64,000 bases of DNA from assembly GCA_046563655.1 (NCBI GenBank), contig CM102290.1:9300001-9364000 (forward strand), in the 5' to 3' direction. Each line of letters starts with the position of its first letter. Position 1 is the first letter of the stretch. Origin of the DNA: Yuukianura sp. NJ FZ-2021 (Eukaryota). The position numbers and the translations under genes are program-made. This document shows positions 55,801 through 64,000 of the stretch, piece by piece. The notes beneath the pieces are model-generated. The model was given only the letters and a program-made list of their open reading frames with translations, did no database searches and was not told the origin of the DNA.

Positions 55801-56820
55801 TGTCGGGCCACAAAATTTGTTTTTAAATCAATTCGATATTATGTTCAAATTAAGGACAATTTTTTCCAACTATAATAATTCGTATTTAAAATACCTCGAG
55901 GGCTACACGGTACAATTTTTCTGCTGCGGAGAGTTGAACTGGATTGGCAGCGCGCACGCCCTTTGCATCACAGAATTCTTCTTGGACGCAAACCATACTA
56001 CACAAACAAATTTAAAATTACCAATTTTTCTCAACTTCAAAATACTGTTTCAAAATTTTAAAAGGCATTACGCTGCTGGACAACCAGGATATGGAATGGC
56101 ACCACCAGAGGCTGGTTGCTCCGACGGGGTTCCAGTGGCAGGGAGTCTTCCTGATTCTCCTTGTGGGGCATTCGAATATGCTGGAGAAGTTGGGGCCTTG
56201 TAGGGAACTACTGCTGGCTTGTAGTTGTTGTAACTCAGTTGACCTTTGGGGGGAGACTGTGATTGCGGGGGTTGTGGTTCATAGTTGCCCTGGAATGTAG
56301 GGGGTGGGGGTTGATTGGGTTCAAAATTCACTGGACCTTGTTCTGAGTCTGGAACTGACGAATAGACAATCGTATTTTGTTGTGATGGATCCAACGGGCG
56401 TTGCAGCGGTGGTGAACCGAAGCTTCCAACAGCAGGAATAACATAGGCTGTGTAGACTGGATATGCAGCAAATCCATCCAACTGATAATTGGGCGGATTT
56501 CCTGCTGACCCAATGGCCCGCTGTCCAGAACTTGGAACTCCAGCATGGCAATCCGACTTCAACCGAAGCATACACTCTGGATTCGGGAGAACTGATGAAG
56601 GATTTGGCTGATCCTGGGCTCCACCTTCACTGGGACGATTGTAACCCCTAGCATTTTGGCCTGCCGCCCAAGTTGGATTTGACGGTTGCGGTTCTTCCTT
56701 GACCTTGGCGTTTGTTGGCTCCGCTTGCGGTGACCTCGCTGGTGGAGGTCCATAGCCACTAACATTGGAAACGGCGATGGCAACAAAAAGGATGAGACTA
56801 AGTCTCAACTTGGTTTCCAT
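52894..56820 (-). CDS. scaf: Scarface-like inactive clip-domain serine protease homolog, secreted
   Basis: Exons 56820-56072, 55997-55895, 55799-55118, 54249-54065, 53991-53714, 53644-53367, 53297-53158, 53076-52894. It has a signal peptide and the Cys module GCPAAMVCVQEEFC...GVCCRDPDYKDPWP resembling scarface. A second Cys/clip module precedes a trypsin fold (FGEIPWQA, CGGAII, VRVGEWD, ICLP, CIVTGWG) in which TSASC, NIAL and GDEASP replace the catalytic motifs. Confidence 0.85.
54375..54497. repeat. 21-bp inverted repeat pair (MITE-like remnant) in a scarface intron
   Basis: GGTTGAAGTAAGCTTTAGGGT (54375-54395) versus reverse complement of 54477-54497, GGTCGAAGTAAGCTTAAGGGT; 19/21 identity. 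Confidence 0.6.
55180..55385 (-). repeat. Coding 21-bp tandem repeat encoding Q(Q/P)xxPQY heptads
   Basis: About nine GATACTGCGGAG-containing units on the + strand, which translate on the - strand to QQQAPQY/QPQAPQF/QQPSPQY repeats. Confidence 0.85.
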
Positions 56821-57411
56821 GATTTTGGATTTTACTGATCACGATTAACCTATAATTAAGTAAATTATAATAACCGATTAATCATTCACAAGCAACAAGT
56901 GTAACTAAACTGTTTTTTCTGTTGCAAATTATGCTGCAATTATCCACTTTTTAACACCTCAAATCTCCACTCCTCATGACCTCGTCAATTTCTGGTAAAA
57001 TCAAGGATGACGAATCCAAAGAAACTGGTTTTGGGTAAACTTTAAAAAATTCTTTACAGATTTTTATGCGCGTTTGGACAGGATTTGGTACAGAAGATTT
57101 TGCCAAATGCCGAAACAATGTTTATAAATAAGCCACGTAGCTGGTAAAGCCTGAACGCTGTCTAAAATAATCAAACACACGAAATGTGGCGAAACGCACA
57201 AGTTTGCTTCATGGCGTAAAATTTGAGCGGCTTTGGGTTATTGCCGTTCAATTTGTCAATTTTTTGACATGAACATTTTCCTTTCCTAATCGCCAATATG
57301 TGAAAAAATTGAAATGTTTTTGCGCATTCTTTCAAACCTAATGCATCTAACGGTTGACTTGTTCAAAACTTATTGTTAACTAATGCTAAAATGAATTATT
57401 GCCACTCTCAC

Positions 57412-57512
57412 CTCTGGACGCGGCTTATTTTCACCAAAAGCTTGTTCGTTGCTGTTCCAGCACCGTCTCTGGCTCAAGTGATTGACGTTGCGTCGGAACG
57501 TGGAGCCTTATA
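57412..57512 (-). promoter_or_regulatory. Candidate TATA/Inr core promoter and non-coding first exon of the scarface-like gene
   Basis: On the - strand, TATAAG at 57512-57507 is followed ~33 nt downstream by an Inr-like TCACTT at 57481-57476. There is a donor AG/GTGAGA at 57412/57411 and an acceptor TATAG ~30 nt before the ATG at 56820. Confidence 0.4.
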
Positions 57513-59099
57513 AACAAAATGTCGGAGGTGTGATGTCACTCCTAAAGATTTTATCCATACACTTCGAGAGGGGCAACAAATCGAGCAATTTTCCAACCAT
57601 GGATTTACGTACATGGTATCATGGAGCTCCCATTGTTTTTTGTTCCTATTTCAAAGCCACTGTGCATTATCCAGAGAACCTGACCACTTTTTGTTGGTAC
57701 TTTGGGCACTCAACCTTGGCCAAAGCCTAAATCCCAGAAGAACTTGTCACTGATCAATATGAATGATAAGCTTCATCCTGGATCTGTTCCTGGGAAGAAG
57801 CGTCTTACTCAAAGAATCCAGGGAAGGTGCGGGGTGGAGGGCGGATGTTGTGGCATCATCTTCGTTTTCTTGCTCATCATCCCCTTCCAATGCATCTTCG
57901 TATTGTTTTCCAGGTTGATTGTGTTGATGTGACTAAGAATAGTTTTTTGACGTTTGGTCTAATGAGAGATGAAATTGAAAACAATAGAGTCACGACTAAC
58001 AAGTCACAAATCCAAATCAATTCCTTTTCTACCTTCGTAACCATTAATCTATCACCAATACCAATACTGCTTAGCAGGACGCATTGGTAGGATGCCTTAA
58101 TTGTATCCTTCAGGGTCATTTGTCCAATCTTCTGCACCAGGGTTACACAATTCGCTTGTTCTAAACAAAATTCCTAGCGAAAATAGTACGGGGACAATAA
58201 AGAATGACTTGATTTTTAAAAAATTGCTCTTATACATTAGGTTATAAAGCTCAAGCCATAAAAATTCCGAAAAGAAGAAAAAGTTGATATAAAAAAAAAC
58301 TTCAAGTCACGAAAATTTAGTTTCATATGACAAAATTGCTTATTTTAGCTTAGAAGTTTTTGACTTGTCACTATGATTTTGCTAAAAATGTAACAACTCA
58401 ATTTCTGACAAATACATAATCTATATTCTAGATCTGACACGGAAACGTATCCGCTTCTTAGAAAGTCGTGCAATTTAGCAAAAAGTTGTAACTGCGCAGA
58501 CGTTAGAAACTCCATAATTTGCCCGCTCAGACTGTGGGGGTTGGTGTATATGCGCAAACCCTGGGAAGATGTTTTGATGATGAAAGTGTCATCTCATCCA
58601 ATCAGTGAGCAAATGATTGGAATATTAAATATTTGCCATAAACCAATTAAGTGCACCTTGACCTTGCCAAAAAAGGAAGAAGAAGCGACTAATTTCAAAC
58701 TTCTACCGTGTCATGCCTCCAAAGTCACCAAAAAAATTAATAAATTTGAAACAAACAAAAAAGTTAATAGAACTTTCAAAATTGGGAGTTTGATTATAGT
58801 TTTTCGTAGAAACTTCAACCTTCATTTCGTCCATATTGGCTCTTTTGCAAATTCCGACAAGCACTTATTTTTGGATGTAAAAAGAACCAATAAAATTGGA
58901 AATTTGGTAGATTATTCTTTAATTGTGAAGACTTTTGAAACTGAAATTGAATAATGACGGAGTGTATTACATATTATACTTTTTTTCTTATTATTTTGTG
59001 AATATATTTCCTGTTTGAATTTGGTAACTGATTGTAGTTGAATTGACTTTTTAGACGTCGGTTTCAAAAAGATTTCAATTAGTTCCAAGGGCCTTGACT

Positions 59100-62000
59100 T
59101 TAAGTGACGTTAATTTCTTCTTCGTCGCCGTCATCTGCGTCACTGCCGCTGCCCAATAGCATGTCTTCCTCCTCTCCGCCAGAATATGACGCATGTGAAC
59201 CACATGAAGGTGGCCTTGACTCCATTTTACACTTGTGCAGAATATCTTCTGCCTGGGCGTACAGCAGCGTCGTCGCAGTTGTAGCTGCTGAACTGCTAAA
59301 GGAGGGGACTGAATCTGAATTTGAATTCAGTGGAGAATTGAGTGGTGAAATTTCGGATACGTCAAATTTGGGCTTGTCTCCATCCGCATCACTCAAGTCG
59401 GGATTGGGATTGTTCTTATTGGGAAGCGTCTGCTCACGTGACCCCCCAGTAGCCAATAGCTGACGTTCCTTGGAGTTTCGCCACTTCATGCGTCGATTTT
59501 GAAACCAAATTTTGACCTATTCAGAACAATAAAGTAAATGCAAGTTTATATAAACATAAAAAAGGAAAAACCTGGTTAAAACTATGGAGTAATGAAAAAC
59601 TTCTGAAAAATTTAGTTTCGGAAACTAATATAAATAATTTACTCTAAAATTTAAGTAATCTACACAATAGTTATACCAAACGGTAAGTTAACGGGATTTC
59701 GTAGTTTGGAAACTGAACGTATTTAGACTTGTGCTGACGTTGTTGTTGATCCGTGGAATCTCTCCCTTCGTGTCATGTCTCTAACTACTAGAGAAAGAAG
59801 GGGAAAGTTGTAATAAAAGTTGGTGGGGAAAGTGCTGTTTCCGAGCCTTGGGATTGGCTCGTAGATTTGAAGGCTGAGGGCTGCAGAGTAGCCCACAAAT
59901 GATTCGCATTGAGTCGCAACGTGCGAATGAGCGTCGCTACAAATGTTGCTCACTTTCACTTTCAAAAGAAATCGCTTTCCCCACTTCCAGGCTCACACTT
60001 TTCTACTATAAAGCATACACAGTCAATGGTCCTCTTCGAATTCATTTCCTTCCATAAGGCACATACACGTCCATCCACAAACTTCCAGTTCAAATTGAAA
60101 TAAGAGTCAGGAAATGACTTAATCCCACAATCCTAACATAACCTTATTCCTCCTATAACTTCCCATTTCCTTCAAGTACCGTTCCAAAAATTCTGCAACT
60201 CCGACATTCTGACAGTGAGGAAGCAATAACGCATAAAAAGTCAGGAGTTAGCTTCGGTTGCATTTTTACCTAGCTTAACTGAAAAAAAACTTATTTAAAC
60301 TTATCATAGTAAAAAGATTTGCAGCACAACTAAAAACTTAAAAAAAGAGTTAGATTTCGAATCGTAATAAACTAAGACAGTTAGCGTACCTGAGAGTCTT
60401 TGAGTCCCAATTTCTCTGCCAATTTTTTCCTGTCGGGTTTTGATATGTACTTTTGAAGTTGAAATCGCTTTTCGAGTCCTTTGCGCTGAAGGTCAGAAAA
60501 CACTGCGCGTCGCATCATGCCCCTCCGTGGCTTGCCTCGTGGTCCACCAGCCCATGGAAACGTTCCAGGAAGAGGGAAGACACTGGCTCCGCCTGGATGT
60601 GGCCCTGGAAACATTTGCAAACCAGAGTTATAGCATAAGGGGCCGTGGGGGGACTTCGAAAAAACCTCAGACATAAGCTTTCATCATCTCTGTTCCGCTT
60701 CACGGTTTTTCCAAAGAATTAAACTGGGTGAAACGGTTAGAGGCCACCCGCAAACCATCACACAAAAATTGAAACATGAAATACCGGATTTCAGATTTGA
60801 AATTTTGAAAATGCAGAGAAAAGAGGGATCAGAAACTTCTTTCTTTTCGGTTCCCCTGTATGTTTACGCTTTCAATTAAAGTCTAAACCCAACAAAACAA
60901 AATCCACAATTTCTGGTTCGGGAGAAAAGCATTAGGAATAATATTTTAAAGTAAATATATAAAAAGCCTGACATATAGTTTCTGATTGGCTAATTCAACT
61001 TCAAAGTTCAACAATTTGCTTAAGCATAGTGTTTGGACAATTATTTGGTTCGATAGGTCTTATAGGAACCAAGTGGAAATTTAACTCGAGACGAGAAGTG
61101 ATTTGAGTGGTCTCCCGTAGGCAAAGTGTTTGAGCAGAAGGGGAGATCAAAGGAAAAGAAGGTGTGAAATGAAGTGCCTTGCTTTAAGTGTTGGCCTCTT
61201 CAAAATCAAAGTAATGTCATCTTCATCAAATTCAAAAAGACCTCTCTAGACATTTCCAAAAACACTAGAGTTAAAACCAAACTTATTGCCTGGTTATTCC
61301 AAAAATTAATACAAGTCTATCTCCTAATAACTTCTACTTCCAATCACAGTTTGGATTGAGTACCAATTAAAAAACAAGTTACGCAAAAATATTTTTTAAT
61401 AAATTTTGAACAAAAAATTTCAAAAAGTTTTACCTTGCATAAATGAAGGGTGTCTGCATGACAAAAGAGCATGAAGGTGGGGGTCAAAGACTTGTGAAGC
61501 TCCGGCAGAAGACACTGCGGGCCTCGGAATGGGTTTTGCAATCCCCATTATTTGACTATTTCCATTACGATTCAGAGCGTAGTTGGAGAGAAAGGAAGCA
61601 GGAGTCATAAAATCTAAGAAATGTTTTCAAAATTTTGAAATTAGCTTTTTAAATTTTGAGTACAAATCTTGTTTTCACTTATTCGGTTCCTAAACGTTTC
61701 AACGTGAAAACTTTTTTCGGTGCAACAAATTCCAAATTTCAGTTTTTAAATTGTACACATTTCGAGAAAGTTCAGACTTGTTGCGACTAAGAATTTTCGT
61801 CTTTACGGATCCATTCATCGTCCAACCTTTTTTTTTCGGGTAAATGTTATTTTTTGAACTCAACGTCAATCACTTTCAAAATCTGTCCGCACTCAACTTT
61901 AATTCACTCTCGACCGGAGCCTAATTCCCATTGAATTGCATTTGAAATCAACAACAATTCTTTAAAAAATAATAGACTGTACAATAATATTTACTTTTTT

Positions 62001-63788
62001 TCAAGTTGGCTAATTCCTGTTGGAATAGTCAATGAAAACATTGCCTTTCCACCAACAATGACTCCCTACAAAATCACTTCCCTAATCCCACAATAGCAAG
62101 GCCTAAAAGACGCTTCCAACCTCAACTTTTCAAACAACGGCGATTTTAAAAACATTTAACATTTGAAACTGTGAGCTCGTGGCTGATGTCAATATGCTGG
62201 AAGGGAACAGTCGGTTGTCTAATCGCTGAGTCCATTCAGTGGTTTATGCCGTTAGAGATGGAGATCTGAATCTAAATTGTCCTAATGTCAATAGCATCTA
62301 ATTCCCTTTCCGTTCTGTTTTAAAAACTAAACTGATAGAGCACCCTCGTACACTCAATTTAGAAAATGCAAACAAAGGAAAATCTACATGGAGCATAACG
62401 CTCATCTGAAGCAGCAGTTGGCATAAGCTTAAAATTTACTAAAATTATATTCATGGCTTTAAGTTTAAAAAACTACCATTCTGTTCACCCGTGCTTGTCT
62501 TTTAGCATTGTTGAACGAAAAATATTTAATTTAAAAAATCTATAAATAAACACGAAGTTAGCCAACCGCATTTTTATAAATTGTCGTTTTAATTGCGCTG
62601 AACAAACTCCGATGCATTTGTACTCTTCAACCTAACTCAAATTCTTACTGAAGTTTCAGAATCGAATTTTGTTGGAATTTTTAACACGAAAATTTTAACA
62701 CGAAAGGTTGAAGTGAATTACACAAAAATACGGGCATCGGTTCACGAAACACACCGAGTTTGGAAGTTTAGCTTCAATCATTTCCTCTTTTGCACGTTGC
62801 AAATTTAAAAAAGAAAACGAAAATTTTTGCACCATTTTTTAAAACTAAGTTACGTTATTTGTTGAGGTTAGTTGTTTAGAAAGTTTGACTTTGGAATAAA
62901 TGTAGTTATGTTTGTGTCATTTGATAGGCGTGAGTGGACAGCATGTGCTTTCACTTACGTGGATTATTGAAGGCATGGGGTTGGGTTTCGACCCGTTTGC
63001 TGCGACCCGACGTCTCCTTGCACTCATCACCCAGAATGGCACTTACGCTAAACTTGAGAAGGGGCTTACGAGTAGTCGTGACCGTGGGAAGGCGATCTTT
63101 GGTCACAGTGGCCCCACCATGCCCCACCGGGACACTACCCGCCTTCTGCCTCGGTCTCCGCTTGAGTCTAGCTGGACTTGTTCTGCCCGGTGACAACTCA
63201 CTGTCGTCGGCACAAAAGTCAACGGAGTCGGTGGCATGGAAACGGGAGGCTCCCGAGTCAGAACTGCCCGAAGAAGGGCTCCTCCTGGCACAAACACAGT
63301 ATGGCCCTTTACACTTTGACCCACCACACACAAACAAACCACTCCCATTGCGTCCTTCGTCTTCGAAGCAGTTGTAGTGAGCTAACAGACTGGCAGAGCC
63401 TGAAATTATAAAAAAAAGAAGTTAGATTTAAGAAATTTTCCAAAAAAAACTTTCGAAAAATTTTATTCCTATAAAAGCCTTCACCGTATTGAAAATTACT
63501 TTATTGAAATATATACACCGTATTGAAATATAAATTTATAAAATCCGATTTTTTACCTGGTGGGAACGGACTTGTGGCTGGAGAGGGAGCGTGTGCGGGT
63601 GACGAGCTGCGACTCGTAGTGTCTACCTTGTCCTCGTCGTGTGTCCTTAGCAAATTGTCCATGAGAAACCCAGTAAATCCTGGCGTTTGGACGTTGTTGG
63701 AATGATGACTATGATGTGAGATGGAGTCGTGACTTAAGTAGTTTCTGTAGAAGGGCGAAGGACCTGCTGTCAGAACGTTTGGAAGCAT
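59100..63788 (-). CDS. Dbx: Dbx homeodomain transcription factor
   Basis: Exons 63788-63557, 63399-62959, 61613-61434, 60604-60390, 59516-59100. The sequence [68 protein letters not shown] followed by GGSREQTLPNKNNPNPDLSD is the Dbx signature. eh1-like motifs FLMDNLL and LKFSVSAIL. Confidence 0.96.
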
Positions 63789-64000
63789 ATTTTGACTTGG
63801 GCAAAGGTTAGAGAAAGCCTACTTTCTCCAAGAGAGCAATAATACAGTCAGCGTCCGAACCAAACACGGACAACCTTCTGATATTGTGCATCAAGATTGT
63901 TTGACACTTAATTTTCACTGAGCAAATGTCCTTTAAAAAACTGACTTCAATTCAAAATTTGACCAAACTTCTTTTCTGAAAAAAATCAGGCAGACCCAAT

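Noticed and set aside
55151..56203. Plus-strand ORFs (e.g. VADTAE repeats, Leu/Arg-rich ORF, 185-aa ORF)
   Set aside because: Antisense shadows of the repetitive scarface-like coding exons.
62934..63411. Plus-strand ORFs of up to 147 aa
   Set aside because: Antisense to the GC-rich Dbx exon 2.

Overview
Eukaryotic, intron-rich, AT-rich DNA from an arthropod. The gene set (Skeletor/Knickkopf, scarface) and the many 60-100 bp introns suggest a hexapod or other pancrustacean; the taxon is inferred, not determined. Seven spliced genes can be reconstructed by hand: Skeletor/Knickkopf-family DM13-DM13-DOMON protein (-), BNIP3 (+), type II pantothenate kinase (+), NK1/slouch homeobox (-), farnesyltransferase/GGTase-I alpha subunit (+), scarface-like catalytically dead clip-domain serine protease homolog (-) and Dbx homeobox (-). 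There is also a probable small orphan gene head-to-head with FNTA. A ~4.1 kb array of a 59-bp unit, bracketed by hairpins, lies between Skeletor and BNIP3 and may be a Helentron/DINE-like element with an expanded internal satellite. Several small inverted-repeat (MITE-like) elements are present. No prokaryotic-type system (CRISPR etc.) was found. The most notable points are the hairpin-bounded satellite, the BNIP3-PanK-NK1-FNTA linkage that mirrors the vertebrate NK paralogon, and the close NK1-Dbx linkage. Exon boundaries were read by eye from GT/AG sites and reading phase and need RNA-seq confirmation.
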